A DNA stretch of 64,000 bases from Candidatus Dormiibacterota bacterium (GCA_035279665.1 DATEHI010000152.1:69835-133834); one strand, 5' to 3'; counted from the first letter of the stretch, positions 1 through 10,433 are shown. The notes: generated by a model not told the origin, from the sequence alone. Numbers and translations: made by a program.

Positions 1-918
1 GTGGGTTAAAGGGGCTTGGCACATCCCCGGTGAGCTTGATCCGTTCGCGCCGGTTGCCCGGATCCGGGTTCGGAATGGCCGAAAGCAGCGACTGCGTGTA
101 AGGGTGCAGTGGTCGATCGTAGAGTTCCTGGGAGGCCGCCAGTTCCACGATCTTGCCGAGGTACATGACCGCGATCCGATCGCTGATGTAGGCGACGACC
201 GCCAGGTTGTGGGCAACAAAGATGTAGGTCAGGTTGAACTCGTGTCGCAGCTCGACCATCAGGTTGAGGACCTGCGACTGGATCGAGACGTCGAGGGCCG
301 AGACCGGTTCGTCGGCGACGATCATTTTGGGGTTGAGGGCCAGGGCTCGCGCGATGCCGATCCGCTGCCGCTGGCCGCCCGAGAATTCATGCGGGTAACG
401 GTTCAGGTACTCGGGCCGGAGCCCGACCTTCATCAGCACCTCACGGACGATGTTCTCGCGGCGTCGACGCCGGCGAACCCCATGGACCAGCAGGCCTTCA
501 CCGACGATGTCGCCGATCGACATCCTGGGGTTGAGCGAGCCGATCGGGTCCTGGAAGATCATCTGCAGGTCCGCTCGCACCTTCTTCATCCGGCCCTTCG
601 AGATCTTCGTGATGTCTTTGTCTTCGAACTCGATCGTCCCGGCGGTGGGTTCGATCAGCCGCAGAATGGTCCGGCCCAGGGTGGACTTGCCGCACCCGGA
701 CTCGCCCACCAACCCCAGCGTCTCGCCCTGCTTGACATCCAGGTCGACGCCGTCGACCGCCTTGATGTAGCCGATGGTGCGCTGCAGCAAGCCGCGACGG
801 ACCGGAAAGTAGGTGCGCACGCCGCGCACCCGCAGCAAGGGCGGGGCGCCCCCAGGTACCAGCACCGGACGGACGGTGGTCTCGCCTGGCTTCAGGATCG
901 GGGCGCCGGCAGCGTCCA
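1..918 (-). CDS. oppF: oligopeptide/dipeptide ABC transporter ATP-binding protein (OppF/DppF-like); 3' end off window
   Basis: Reverse translation from ATG at 918 gives [17 protein letters not shown]...[20 protein letters not shown] (Walker A) and [15 protein letters not shown] (ABC signature). Absent from the ORF track because no stop lies in the window. Confidence 0.85.
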
Positions 919-926
919 TAAGCGAA

Positions 927-1988
927 TCAGGCCTCGGCCGTCGACCCGCTGGCCCGGCCCGCATCGGACCGGGGCGCAGACGACTTGGTTGCGATGGGCT
1001 GGATCATGGTTGAGACTTTTCGCCGGCCCGACTCGACCAGCCAGCAGGCCACCTTTTGGTCACCCAATTCGAAAAGCGGCGGCTGCTGGGCGCACTTGTC
1101 GAAGCGGTAGTCGCAGCGCGGGGCGAAGCGGCAACCGGCCGGCCAGCGCAGCGGATTGGGAACGGTCCCGCGAATCACGGCGAGCTTGGCGTCCTGGCTC
1201 ATTCCCAGCCGCGGGATGGATTTCATCAGCCCCTCGGTGTAGGGCATCTGCGGCGACTCGAACAGCGTCCGCACGTTGGTCTGCTCGACGATCTGACCCG
1301 CGTACATGACGGCCACTTCCTTGCACATCTCAGCCACGACGCCCAGGTCGTGGGTGATGAGCAGAATCGAGGTCTTGAGGCGGGACTGTAGATCTCTCAT
1401 GAGGTCGAGGATCTGCGCCTGGATGGTGACGTCGAGTGCTGTCGTGGGTTCGTCCGCGATCAGCAGCTTGGGATCACAAGAGAGCGCCATGGCGATCATG
1501 ACGCGTTGGCGCATGCCGCCCGACATGTGGTGCGGGTAGTCTTTGACTCGGCGCTCGGGGGAAGGGATGCGCACCAGGTCGAGCATCTCGATCGCACGCT
1601 TCCAGGCGTCAGCGCGGGAGAGCTTCATGTGCAGCTGCACAGCCTCCGCGATCTGGTCGCCCACGGTGTAGACGGGGTTGAGCGAAGTCATGGGCTCCTG
1701 GAAGATCATCGCGATGTCGGAGCCGCGGATCTTCCGCATGTCGTCCATCTCCAGCTCGGTCAAGTCCTTGCCCTCGAAGATGACGCGCCCGCCCGCGATC
1801 TCGCCCGGGTAGTCGAGCAGTCGCATGATGCTCAGGGCCGTCACGCTCTTGCCGCAGCCCGACTCGCCGACGAGCCCCATGGTCGTCCCCTGTGGAATGG
1901 AAAACGAGATGCCGTCGACCGCGCGCACGATCCCGTCCCGAGTGCGGAAGTGGGTTTCGAGATTGAGGACGCGAAGCAGGTCAGCCAT
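927..1988 (-). CDS. oppD: oligopeptide/dipeptide ABC transporter ATP-binding protein (OppD/DppD-like)
   Basis: ORF 927..2024. [14 protein letters not shown]...[37 protein letters not shown]-terminal CRFAPRC motif. Internal Met at 1988 is the likely start. Confidence 0.9.
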   Translation of the reverse strand: MADLLRVLNLETHFRTRDGIVRAVDGISFSIPQGTTMGLVGESGCGKSVTALSIMRLLDYPGEIAGGRVIFEGKDLTELEMDDMRKIRGSDIAMIFQEPMTSLNPVYTVGDQIAEAVQLHMKLSRADAWKRAIEMLDLVRIPSPERRVKDYPHHMSGGMRQRVMIAMALSCDPKLLIADEPTTALDVTIQAQILDLMRDLQSRLKTSILLITHDLGVVAEMCKEVAVMYAGQIVEQTNVRTLFESPQMPYTEGLMKSIPRLGMSQDAKLAVIRGTVPNPLRWPAGCRFAPRCDYRFDKCAQQPPLFELGDQKVACWLVESGRRKVSTMIQPIATKSSAPRSDAGRASGSTAEA

Positions 1989-2220
1989 GGGCGCGCCCCT
2001 GTCCCCGGCGCGGAGCGGCTTCATGGCTGCGCAGCGAAGCGGCTCTTTGATCGGGCGAGTGCTGGCTTAATGGGGAGGCGTCAATAGAAGGGGACACCCT
2101 GAGATCGATCCGAGTTTATCAGCCCCAGTGACAAACCGTCATCTGGGCGGGTTCGGGACGCCTCCCGGCCGGGCGGGGGTACGGGAGCCGGCGCAACCGT
2201 GTCACCGCGATAATCAACCG

Positions 2221-3471
2221 ATGCTGAAGGGTAAACTCTGGCGGCACCGGGACTTCCTCAAACTCTGGACCGGCGAAACGGTCAGCCAGTTCGGAAGCCA
2301 GGTGACGTTTCTGGCCGTTCCCACCGTGGCGATCCTGATCCTGCACGCGGGTCCCTTCCAGGTTGGGGTACTGTCGGCGCTCGAGTTCCTGGCTTTTCCC
2401 ACACTGGGCCTGGTCGCCGGCGTCTACGCCGATCGCCTGCGGCGCCGCCCGATCATGATCGCCTGTGACCTCGGCCGCATGCTGGCCATTGGCTCGGTCC
2501 CAGTTGCCTACCTGCTCAACCTCCTGACCCTTGAACAGCTCTACATCGTCGCGCTCGTGACCGGCGTCTGCACGGTCTTTTTCGACGTCTCCTATCAGTC
2601 TTATCTGCCGGTGCTGGTGGACCGCCCGAACCTGCTCGAGGGCAACACGAAGCTCGAGATCAGCCGCTCCACCGCGCAGGTCGCGGGGCCGGCCGTCGCC
2701 GGTTTCCTCATCCAATGGATCGGGGGTGCGAAGGCGGTTGCCGTCGATGCGCTGTCGTTTCTCCTTTCCGCGTTGGCGCTGAGCGCGATCAAGACGCCAG
2801 AACCCCAGCCGAAGCCGAGCACGGTGAGTGGGGCGACCGGCTTCATTCCCGAAATGAAGGAGGGGCTCGAGGTGGTGTTCAAGAACCCGCTCCTGTGGCG
2901 GATCGCCGCTTGTACTGCGACGACAAACCTCGGATCGAACATCATCTTCGGCGCCGTATTCCTGGTATTCGCCTATCGCCGGCTGCACCTGTCGGCCGGC
3001 GAGGTCGGCATCATCTTCGCCGTGGGCAGCGTGGGGGGCCTGGTCGGTGCGCTGCTGGCCGCCTGGGTCGCTCGCAGGCTGGGCATCGGGCCGACCCTGG
3101 GAGTGTCGATCGCTGTCGGCGGACTCGCCTTCCTGGCGACCCCGGTCGCTCTCCTCGCCCCGCCGGTGCCGGTGCTCGGGGCGCTTGGCTTTCTCGAAGG
3201 TCTGACCGGCCCCATCTACAACATCAGCCAGGTGAGCCTGCGACAGGCGATCACCCCGGACCGGGTCCAGGGGCGGATGAACGCCACCATGCGAACCATC
3301 GTCTGGGGCACGATCCCGATCGGGGCGTTCGTGGGCGGGATCCTGGGAACCTCGATCGGCCTCGTGCCGACGATCGTGCTCGGCGGCATCGTCTCGCTGT
3401 TGGCCGCGCTCTGGATCTTCCTTGGCCCGGTGATCCGGCTCAAGGAGCAGCCGGCGCCGGTGACGGCATGA
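2221..3471 (+). CDS. MFS transporter (EntS/DUF894-like exporter family)
   Basis: ORF 2128..3471. From MLKGKLWRHRDFLKLWTGETVSQFG onward there are about 12 hydrophobic helices. ATG at 2221. Confidence 0.8.
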   Translation: MLKGKLWRHRDFLKLWTGETVSQFGSQVTFLAVPTVAILILHAGPFQVGVLSALEFLAFPTLGLVAGVYADRLRRRPIMIACDLGRMLAIGSVPVAYLLNLLTLEQLYIVALVTGVCTVFFDVSYQSYLPVLVDRPNLLEGNTKLEISRSTAQVAGPAVAGFLIQWIGGAKAVAVDALSFLLSALALSAIKTPEPQPKPSTVSGATGFIPEMKEGLEVVFKNPLLWRIAACTATTNLGSNIIFGAVFLVFAYRRLHLSAGEVGIIFAVGSVGGLVGALLAAWVARRLGIGPTLGVSIAVGGLAFLATPVALLAPPVPVLGALGFLEGLTGPIYNISQVSLRQAITPDRVQGRMNATMRTIVWGTIPIGAFVGGILGTSIGLVPTIVLGGIVSLLAALWIFLGPVIRLKEQPAPVTA

Positions 3472-4649
3472 CTGGACGCCTGCTGATTCGTGACGCGTGC
3501 CTGGCCGATGGCCACTCGGCCACCCTGCAGGTTGGCGTCAGCCTCCTGATCGAGAACGGCCGGATTGCGTGGCTGTCGCCCGAGGAGGCGGGTCCCGGCG
3601 ATGCCGAGGTGCTCGACGGCGGCGGCGCCACGATCGTGCCGGCCTTCGTGGATGCCCACAGTCACCTGACGATGCCTGGGGGCAGTCATTGGATCGAGCG
3701 CGGCTCGGACCTGCCCGACCAGTTGCGCGAGGTGGCGCGCCGGAACGCGGATCGGCTGGTGCAGGCCGGCATCCTGTGGGCCCGCGACGTCGGCTCGCCG
3801 GCCGGTCCCGACGGCCGGGCGGTCAGCCTGCAGGTTCGCCAGGAGATGGCGGGGCAGGCCGGCACGCCGTATATCCGGGTCGCCGGGACGTGGATCGCCA
3901 CCGACGGCTATCTGCCGATGACGGTGCCCGTCAAGGACGGCGACGGGCTGCGGGCGGCGGCACTGGCCCAGTTGGATTCCGGAACCGACTTCGTCAAGAT
4001 CATGCTCGACCCCCCGGACCGCTCCGACCACTGTCCATTCACGGTCGATGACGTTCGCAAAGCATGCGAGGCCGTGCACGTTCGAGGGCGGAAGATCACC
4101 GCCCACGCCACCATCCTCGACGGCGCGCGCATCGGCGCCGAGGCCGGCGTGGATTCGATCGAGCACGGTATGGAGCTCGATGATGCGATCGCGGCCACCA
4201 TGCGAGCGAAGAACGTCGCCCTCGTTTCCACGCTCTCGGTGCTGGCGAGCTGGGCCACCTTCGCGCGGACGACCCGTATCGAGCGCTTCACCGGCGATGA
4301 GGGCAAGCGCCGGCTCGCCGCAAGGCGGGAAGGGGCCTTTGCGGCCATCAAGGCCGCGCACCGCGCCGGGGTCCGCATCGCGGCCGGCTCGGATTTTGGC
4401 GGCGGCTCCGTGCGCGCGGGCCACCTTGCCTGGGAGGTCGAGCAGCTGGTCGAGGCGGGGCTCGAGCCGCATGAGGCATTGGCCGCGGTGACCTGGCGAG
4501 GCGGCGAGCTGCTGGGTGTCGATCATGCGGGCCGGGTCCGGCCTGGTGATCCCGCCGACCTCGTCCTGGTGCATGGCGATCCCCTCAGCGATCCGCGCGC
4601 GCTCTGGCGGGTGTGGGCCGTCTTCAAGGGTGGCGAGCGGGTCGCGTAG
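3468..4649 (+). CDS. amidohydrolase family metallo-hydrolase
   Basis: In-frame part of ORF 2715..4649, starting MTGRLLIRDACLADG. VDAHSHL metal-binding motif. ATGA overlap with the MFS stop. Confidence 0.8.
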   Translation: MTGRLLIRDACLADGHSATLQVGVSLLIENGRIAWLSPEEAGPGDAEVLDGGGATIVPAFVDAHSHLTMPGGSHWIERGSDLPDQLREVARRNADRLVQAGILWARDVGSPAGPDGRAVSLQVRQEMAGQAGTPYIRVAGTWIATDGYLPMTVPVKDGDGLRAAALAQLDSGTDFVKIMLDPPDRSDHCPFTVDDVRKACEAVHVRGRKITAHATILDGARIGAEAGVDSIEHGMELDDAIAATMRAKNVALVSTLSVLASWATFARTTRIERFTGDEGKRRLAARREGAFAAIKAAHRAGVRIAAGSDFGGGSVRAGHLAWEVEQLVEAGLEPHEALAAVTWRGGELLGVDHAGRVRPGDPADLVLVHGDPLSDPRALWRVWAVFKGGERVA

Positions 4650-4711
4650 GGACCATCGATAATGAAAACTCTCTTGTCTGGTCGGCGTTGTCTCCCTCAG
4701 GAGCGTGCGGG

Positions 4712-5788
4712 TTGCCCCAAATACGGCAGGACTTGATCACAGGGCGGTGGGTGGCGGTGGCGACGGAACGTGCCCGCCGCCCGGATTCGTTCACGCAGGC
4801 AGCCAGGGAATCGGTCGCCGCCCGTGACGTCTGCCCCTTCTGTCCGGGACACGAGTCGATGACGCCGCCTGAGGTCCTCGCCTATCGCGCTGCGGGCTTG
4901 CCGGCCAACGGCGAGGGCTGGTCGGTTCGGGTGGTGCCAAACCTCTACGCCGCTTTCCGGCCCGAAGCGGACGGACAGGAGCACCGCGAGGGTCGCTTCT
5001 GGCAGCGCGATGCCATTGGCGCCTGCGAGGTGCTGATCAGCAGCCCCGATCACCGCGCGCCTACCCCGATGCTGCCGCGGCGGCAGGTCGAGGAGATCGT
5101 CCAGTCGTACGTCGACCGCTACCAGGAGCACGCGCGCAACCCAGGGCTCGAGCACGCCCTGATCCTCTACAACCACGGCCGTCCGGCGGGCGCCTCGCTC
5201 GAGCACCCGCACTCACAGCTCTACGCGATCGGGCTGCAGCCGCCCAGCGTCGACGTCGAACTGGAAGGCGCCCGCCGCTTCCATGAGGCGAACGCCGCGT
5301 GCGTGTTCTGCCGCTCCCTCGATGACGAGCGACGTGCCGGGGCGCGCGTCGTCTTCGAGAACGAGGCCTTCGTCGTCTTTGCGCCCTACGCGGCACGGAC
5401 GCCCTTCGAGACCTGGATCATCCCGCTCCGGCACGCGGCATCATTCGGCGACCTCGACCTGAAAACGGAGAAGCCGGCCTTCGCGGAGGCGCTGCAGCTG
5501 ACCCTCAAGGCCCTGCAGGAGGGCCTCAATGACCCGCCCTTCAACTACTTCATCCATAGTGCTCCGTTCAAGGCCGATGCCTCGAACCTCTATCACTGGC
5601 ACCTCGAGTTGATCCCCAAACTCAGCACCGCGGCCGGCTTCGAGCTGGGCACGGGGATGTGGATCAACGTCGTCAAGCCCGAGGAATCGGCGGTGTTCTT
5701 ACGGGATCGCATCGCTCAGATCGCCGGCCCGTCGGCCGATGCGAGCGGCGCCTCAGTGCCAGGCGAGCGTTTGAGGCATTCGTCGTGA
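4712..5788 (+). CDS. galT: galactose-1-phosphate uridylyltransferase (GalT, HIT superfamily)
   Basis: CPFCPGHE zinc motif and HPHSQL (HxHxQ) active site. TTG at 4712 follows GGAG at about 4700, but the start is uncertain (ORF opens at 4613). Confidence 0.8.
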   Translation: MPQIRQDLITGRWVAVATERARRPDSFTQAARESVAARDVCPFCPGHESMTPPEVLAYRAAGLPANGEGWSVRVVPNLYAAFRPEADGQEHREGRFWQRDAIGACEVLISSPDHRAPTPMLPRRQVEEIVQSYVDRYQEHARNPGLEHALILYNHGRPAGASLEHPHSQLYAIGLQPPSVDVELEGARRFHEANAACVFCRSLDDERRAGARVVFENEAFVVFAPYAARTPFETWIIPLRHAASFGDLDLKTEKPAFAEALQLTLKALQEGLNDPPFNYFIHSAPFKADASNLYHWHLELIPKLSTAAGFELGTGMWINVVKPEESAVFLRDRIAQIAGPSADASGASVPGERLRHSS

Positions 5789-8310
5789 AGGCGGTGGTGA
5801 TGGCCGGCGGCGAGGGCTCGCGGCTGCGGCCGTTGACCAGCGGGATCCCCAAGCCGCTGGTGCCGGTGGTCGGCAAGCCGGTGATGGAGCACATCCTGCG
5901 GCTGTTGCGCACCCACGGCATCAGCGACGTGGTGGTCACCCTGCAATATCTCGGGTCCGCGATCCGCGATTACTTCGGAGATGGCTCAGACTTCGGCGTC
6001 GACATCACCTATGTCGTGGAAGACAGTCCACTGGGGACTGCTGGCAGCGTCAAGAATGCGCAGGAATTTCTCGATGAGCCGTTCATCGTGATCAGCGGCG
6101 ATGCGCTGACCGACATCGACCTGGGTGAGGTGATGCGTTACCACAAGGAAAAGGGCGCGGCGGCGACCATCGTGTTGACCTCCGTGGCGAACCCGCTGGA
6201 GTTTGGCGTGGTGATCACCAACCCCGACGGGACAATCAAGCGCTTCCTCGAGAAACCTTCGTGGGGCGAGGTCTTCTCCGACCAGGTCAACACCGGGATC
6301 TACGTGATCGAGCCCAAGGTGCTCGACCTGCTGCCGCCGGCGACAGTCGTCGACTGGAGCAGCGACGTCTTCCCCAGGATGCTGGCCAACGCCATGCCGC
6401 TCTACGGCTTCCTTGCGCCCGGCTACTGGTGTGACATCGGCAACATCCAGACGTATTACCAGGCGAACTGGGATGCCCTCGAGGCACGGGTGGACGTCGA
6501 AATCCCCGGCGAGCGCCGCTACGGCAACGTCTGGATCGGTGAGAACGTCGAAATCGGCTACGACGTCAGGATCAACGGCCCGGCGTACATCGGCAACGAC
6601 TGCAAGCTCAAAGCAGGCGTCTTCATCAATGGGCCGGTCTGCGTCGGGAATTTCTCGGTGATCGACGAGAACACCAAGATCAGCAACTCGGTCATCTGGA
6701 CCTATTCCTACATCGGTGAGAACTCGCGGTTGCGCCAGGCGATTGTCTGCCGGCACGTCACCATCAAGAACAGTTGCCTCCTCGAGGAAGGAGCCGTCAT
6801 CGGTGACGACGTCGTCGTCGGCGAGGGCTCGACGATCGATGCCGGGGTCAAGATCTGGCCCGACAAGGAGATCGAGCCGGGCTCGACCGTGCACGAGAGC
6901 ATCATCTGGGCCGGCCACTACAAGCGCGGACTCTTCAGCTCCTACGGGCTAGTCGGACTGGTCAACATCGAGCTCACTCCTGAGTACTGTGCCCGCCTGG
7001 GGGCGTCCTTCGCCGCCCTCTTTCCCAAGGGCGCCTCGATCGCCGCCGCCCGTGACGGCCAGCGCCCCTCACGCATGATCAAGCGCGCCATGGTCGCCGG
7101 CATGATATCGTCGGGCGCCTCGATCATCGACCTGAGCGAGCTGCCCATCCCGGTGATCCAGTACTACGCGCGCGACCATCGGATCGCCGGAGCCGTCCAT
7201 ATCCAGATGTCGCCCCTCGACAGCCGGTCGGCCGACATCCGGATGTTCGACGCCAACGGCGTGGTGCTCGACAAGAAAGCCGAGCGCAAGCTGGAGAACG
7301 TGTTCTTCCGCGAGGATATCCGGCGGGTGCATTTCTACGAGATGGGCGACATCACCTACCCGCAGGACGCGATCGATTCATACATCGACGGCTTGATCGG
7401 ATTGGTCGATGTCGAGGTGGTTCGGCAGGGGCACTTCAAAGTGCTGGTCGACTTCGACCACGGGAGTGCGTCGCTGGTGCTGCCCCGCCTATTCAAGGAG
7501 TTGAATATCGAGGCGATTCCGCTCAACGCCGGGTTCGATGAGACCTATCAGTCCAAGACCAACGAGGCATTCGACGAGGCGCGCCGGCAGTCGGCGCTGA
7601 TCACCCGGACGCTCGGCTGCAATCTTGGTGCCTACATCGACTACGGGTCGGAGCGCATCTTCCTGGTCGATGAGCAGGGCGGCCTGATCGACCATCACGA
7701 GGCGCTGGGTGTGCTCGCCATGCTTGTGCTGAAAGCCAAGCCGGGCGTTCTCGTGGCCCCCGCGACCGTCCCTCAAACCATTTCGGCACTGGTACGTCAG
7801 CTGGCGGGTTCACACTTCGTACCGGGTAAGGGTGAGCCCTCGGCGCTGCTGCGGGCGGCACAACAGCATCAGGCGCGGCTCGCCTCCGACGCGAACGGCG
7901 GGTATGCCTTCCCGGACCATCTGTTGGGATTCGACGCGATCTTCACGCTCGTCAAGCTGCTGGAACTGCTGGCCACAGATCGGCGGCCGGTTTCGGCCAT
8001 CCGGCAGGAGATCCCGCGTGCGGCCTACGAGCACCGCCTCGAAACGGTGCCCTGGGATGCGAAAGGCCGGGTGATGCGGACCATGGTGGAGCTGCACCGA
8101 GACGAGCCAGTTGACCTGGCCGATGGCATCAAGGTCTTCGTCGACGGCGGATGGGTGCTCGTCCTGCCGGATCCCGACATGCCCCGCTACCACATCATCG
8201 TCAGCATGGAGGATTCCGAGAAGGCGCGAGCGCTGGCGGACCGGTACAGCGCCCTGGTCAAGACCGCCGTCGGAGGCGGTGACTCGGGCAGTCCGGCGGC
8301 GGCTCGCTAG
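5785..8310 (+). CDS. fusion protein: sugar-1-phosphate nucleotidyltransferase + left-handed beta-helix + phosphohexomutase-like C-terminal domain
   Basis: [32 protein letters not shown] (NTP-transferase G-loop), hexapeptide repeats in the middle, PGM/PMM-like C-terminal half. GTGA overlap with the galT stop. Confidence 0.8.
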   Translation: MKAVVMAGGEGSRLRPLTSGIPKPLVPVVGKPVMEHILRLLRTHGISDVVVTLQYLGSAIRDYFGDGSDFGVDITYVVEDSPLGTAGSVKNAQEFLDEPFIVISGDALTDIDLGEVMRYHKEKGAAATIVLTSVANPLEFGVVITNPDGTIKRFLEKPSWGEVFSDQVNTGIYVIEPKVLDLLPPATVVDWSSDVFPRMLANAMPLYGFLAPGYWCDIGNIQTYYQANWDALEARVDVEIPGERRYGNVWIGENVEIGYDVRINGPAYIGNDCKLKAGVFINGPVCVGNFSVIDENTKISNSVIWTYSYIGENSRLRQAIVCRHVTIKNSCLLEEGAVIGDDVVVGEGSTIDAGVKIWPDKEIEPGSTVHESIIWAGHYKRGLFSSYGLVGLVNIELTPEYCARLGASFAALFPKGASIAAARDGQRPSRMIKRAMVAGMISSGASIIDLSELPIPVIQYYARDHRIAGAVHIQMSPLDSRSADIRMFDANGVVLDKKAERKLENVFFREDIRRVHFYEMGDITYPQDAIDSYIDGLIGLVDVEVVRQGHFKVLVDFDHGSASLVLPRLFKELNIEAIPLNAGFDETYQSKTNEAFDEARRQSALITRTLGCNLGAYIDYGSERIFLVDEQGGLIDHHEALGVLAMLVLKAKPGVLVAPATVPQTISALVRQLAGSHFVPGKGEPSALLRAAQQHQARLASDANGGYAFPDHLLGFDAIFTLVKLLELLATDRRPVSAIRQEIPRAAYEHRLETVPWDAKGRVMRTMVELHRDEPVDLADGIKVFVDGGWVLVLPDPDMPRYHIIVSMEDSEKARALADRYSALVKTAVGGGDSGSPAAAR

Positions 8311-8316
8311 GGAACG

Positions 8317-8826
8317 GTGCCGGCTCCGCCGACGGTTCGTCGCCAGTCCGCCCGGCGCGAGCGGCGATTCGTTCGGACGGCCGGATTTTTCCGAGCGCTG
8401 CCCCCACGCGTCGAGGCGGCGCTCCCCGTCCAGATGAAGGGAGTCCGCCATCGCGCCCGTTCGAGCCAGGCACAGTGGTTTTTCGATGACCCGCGACTGC
8501 ACTTCGAGGCCTGGTGGCACGCGAACAACGGCCGGCTCGAGTTGGGGCTTCACCTGGAGGCCGAGCCGGCCATCAACGACCGCATCGCGAACGGGCTGGC
8601 GCGGCAGCTGCTGATGATCAAGGCCCGGTTGGGCCAGCAGCTCGACCTGGAGCCCTGGGATCGCGGCTGGGCGCGGCTGTACGAAACCTACGCGATCGAG
8701 GTCTTCGACGCCGCTCAGATCAAGCGGACGGCGTCGCGGATGGCGGAGCTGATCGCGGTCATCTGGCCGATGTGCCAGGAGCTGCGGAAGGGCGATGCTA
8801 AAATCCGGCTTGCCGAGCGGGAGTAG
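8317..8826 (+). CDS. hypothetical protein (no recognised domain)
   Basis: 169-aa ORF with a globular-looking C-terminal 130 aa (WFFDDPRLHFEAWWHANNGRLELGLHLEA...). Its stop lies 10 nt inside the tRNA-Gly. Alternative start at MKGVRH, about 8434. Confidence 0.45.
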   Translation: MPAPPTVRRQSARRERRFVRTAGFFRALPPRVEAALPVQMKGVRHRARSSQAQWFFDDPRLHFEAWWHANNGRLELGLHLEAEPAINDRIANGLARQLLMIKARLGQQLDLEPWDRGWARLYETYAIEVFDAAQIKRTASRMAELIAVIWPMCQELRKGDAKIRLAERE

Positions 8827-8889
8827 CTCAGCTGGTAGAGCGCGACCTTCCCAAGGTCGATGTCGCGAGTTCGAGTCTCGTCTCCCGCT
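8817..8889 (+). tRNA. tRNA-Gly (anticodon CCC)
   Basis: Hand-folded cloverleaf: acceptor GCGGGAG/CTCCCGC, D-arm GCTC-AGCTGGTA-GAGC, anticodon arm CGACC-TTCCCAA-GGTCG, T-arm GCGAG-TTCGAGT-CTCGT. CCA is not encoded. Confidence 0.9.
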
Positions 8890-9007
8890 CAGATCCCGCC
8901 CCTGTGCGGTTGGACACCACTCGTTCAAAGAACGGTTTCCGGGCGGGCCGTGGAACGGTCACGACGCTCACCCGTTCAGCTTCCTTTTCTACCAGCTGAG
9001 TGGGACG

Positions 9008-9640
9008 CTAGCCGGCCTGGATCTGGTCGGGGGCAGGGGCCGTGATCTTCTCGCCGGTGTTATACCGGTCGAAGGTCAGCGTGAGGGGCTGACCACCCTG
9101 GGTCTCGACGTACTTTATCGGGTAGCCATCGCTCTCCCGGATGTAGGCGTCGAACGCGTCGCCCCCCTTGTCCAAAGCTGTCACGTGCCACGCCTTTCCC
9201 TGCGGCAGGTTCTCCTCGCCGACGTATTTCTGGAGATTCGACCCGGCGAAGAAGGTTGGATCGACGCCCAAGGGGGTCTTCACCGCATGCCACTTGGGCG
9301 AACCCTCGTCCCGGAGGTAGTTCGTCCCGTCGAGCGAGATCGTTTGAATGAGCGTCACCGTCTTCCCGCCGCGGGTCGTCTCGGACTTGATGCGGCCAGC
9401 CGGCTTCGGTTTGTAGACGAGGACACCGTCGCCGAACAGATCTAAGGTTGGGTTGCTGTTGAAGATCTCGCCGCTCACCAGGAAATGCGCATCCTTGAGG
9501 TCGGATTGCTGCGGCTTTGCCAGGATCTCCTTGGCGCTTGGTGGACCCGTCGGCCTCGGCGTGTCGCACGCGGCGGTTACGGCCGCGACCACGAAGAGGA
9601 GAAGCGAGCACCCCAGAAGCGGCAGGTTAGCCCTGCACAA
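9008..9640 (-). CDS. lipoprotein, possibly LolA/LppX-fold (function tentative)
   Basis: Signal peptide plus lipobox (LLLFVVAAVTAAC). 210 aa. Its C-terminus is paralogous to the fragment at 9627..9845. Confidence 0.7.
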   Translation of the reverse strand: MCRANLPLLGCSLLLFVVAAVTAACDTPRPTGPPSAKEILAKPQQSDLKDAHFLVSGEIFNSNPTLDLFGDGVLVYKPKPAGRIKSETTRGGKTVTLIQTISLDGTNYLRDEGSPKWHAVKTPLGVDPTFFAGSNLQKYVGEENLPQGKAWHVTALDKGGDAFDAYIRESDGYPIKYVETQGGQPLTLTFDRYNTGEKITAPAPDQIQAG

Positions 9641-9845
9641 CCTGCGAGGCGGGCGGTGCCGTGATCGAAGCGCCCGTGTTGTACTTATGGAAACTCAAGA
9701 CTAGCGCATCGCCCCGCTGGATGATCTCGTACTTGAGCGGGTAGCTGTCGCTTTCGCGAATCCAGCCGTCGAATTGATTGCCATCATTGTCCTTGGCCTT
9801 CGCGTGCCATGCTTTGCCGTTGGGCCGGGTACTAGCGACATACAC
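9627..9845 (-). pseudogene. 3' remnant of a paralogous lipoprotein gene
   Basis: 72 aa, GKAWHAKAKDNDGNQFDGWIRESDSYPLKYEII...YNTGASITAPPASQVVQG, aligns with the last ~65 aa of the 9008..9640 product (GKAWHVTALDKGGDAFDAYIRESDGYPIKYVET...YNTGEKITAPAPDQIQAG). It has no signal peptide or N-terminal two-thirds. Confidence 0.65.
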
Positions 9846-9854
9846 TCGAGGCTA

Positions 9855-10433
9855 TCAGCAGTCGAACGCCGACCAGCAGATGTCGTTCCTCAACCGCTGA
9901 TCATCCATGACCAGTTCGCGGATCGCATGAGGCAGCTGTTCCCGCTGCCATTGACACTGGAGTCGTCCGGAGTTCTCACCCTCGTCTTCAGGAGCGGCTA
10001 CACGCGCTGCCTTGATCGCGTAGGCCGCCGCTCCGAGCTCGTGCGCGGCGACGTGCGCCACCGCCGCGGCCTGGCCGGCGGCATGTCCGGCGTGGCGTGC
10101 GGCGCCCTTCAAATCTCGAGCCGCCGCATTGGCATGGCCGGCCGCCTCGCGCGCCTGGGACATCCTTATCTCACCACGCACCCATGCCCGAGCCTGCGCG
10201 ATAGCTTGGCGAGGCCGCGGGTCTAAAGGTTGCGCCGACTCGAACAGGTGCAGGACATGTTCCGCACAGGTTGCGGCCCACAGGGCGAGCAGCTGATGGT
10301 CGGAGTCTGTGAGCGTCCCCCCGCGGCGGATGGTGATGAAGCGAGGGTCGCGGTCTTTCGGGAGGATCACGGCTGCACCCCATCCTGCTTGCATCTGCCC
10401 AACATCCGAGGATGCCCAGCCTCGCCAGGACAC
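9855..10433 (-). CDS. Imm-5-like putative immunity protein (helical, Ala-rich; family often mislabelled SbcC)
   Basis: LLALWAATCAEHVLHLFE...PRPRQAIAQARAWVRGE...AAGHANAAARD...AAGQAAAVAHVAAHELGAAAYAIKA matches my memory of this family. Start is either 10433 or Met at 10394. Confidence 0.5.
   Translation of the reverse strand: MSWRGWASSDVGQMQAGWGAAVILPKDRDPRFITIRRGGTLTDSDHQLLALWAATCAEHVLHLFESAQPLDPRPRQAIAQARAWVRGEIRMSQAREAAGHANAAARDLKGAARHAGHAAGQAAAVAHVAAHELGAAAYAIKAARVAAPEDEGENSGRLQCQWQREQLPHAIRELVMDDQRLRNDICWSAFDC

Noticed and set aside
104-1309. 401-aa plus-strand ORF. Similar long ORFs lie antisense to real genes at 2119..2988, 3216..4574, 5986..6918, 7810..8928, 14495..15991, 20065..21213, 22243..23370, 45175..47352, 47021..48211, 48269..49201, 50877..52358, 55707..56777, 59705..61744 and 62615..63616.
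   Set aside because: These are shadow ORFs typical of G+C-rich DNA. Their translations are Arg/Ala/Gly/Pro-rich low complexity with no motifs, and each lies opposite a gene with strong family signatures. For example, LPHPDSPTN is simply the antisense of the Walker A codons.
2715-4649. Apparent 644-aa protein fusing the MFS gene region to the amidohydrolase.
   Set aside because: The N-terminal 250 codons are an out-of-frame read through the MFS gene and look like Arg/Gly-rich junk. The amidohydrolase homology begins at the ATG at 3468, which forms an ATGA overlap with the MFS stop.
5659-5784. Upstream extension of the nucleotidyltransferase fusion ORF.
   Set aside because: It overlaps the 3' end of galT in another frame. 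The conserved G-loop begins right after the GTG at 5785.
8960-9000. Short hairpin (CAGCT...AGCTG) downstream of the lipoprotein gene as a terminator.
   Set aside because: The stem is only 5 bp with a 12-13 nt loop, which is too weak to call.
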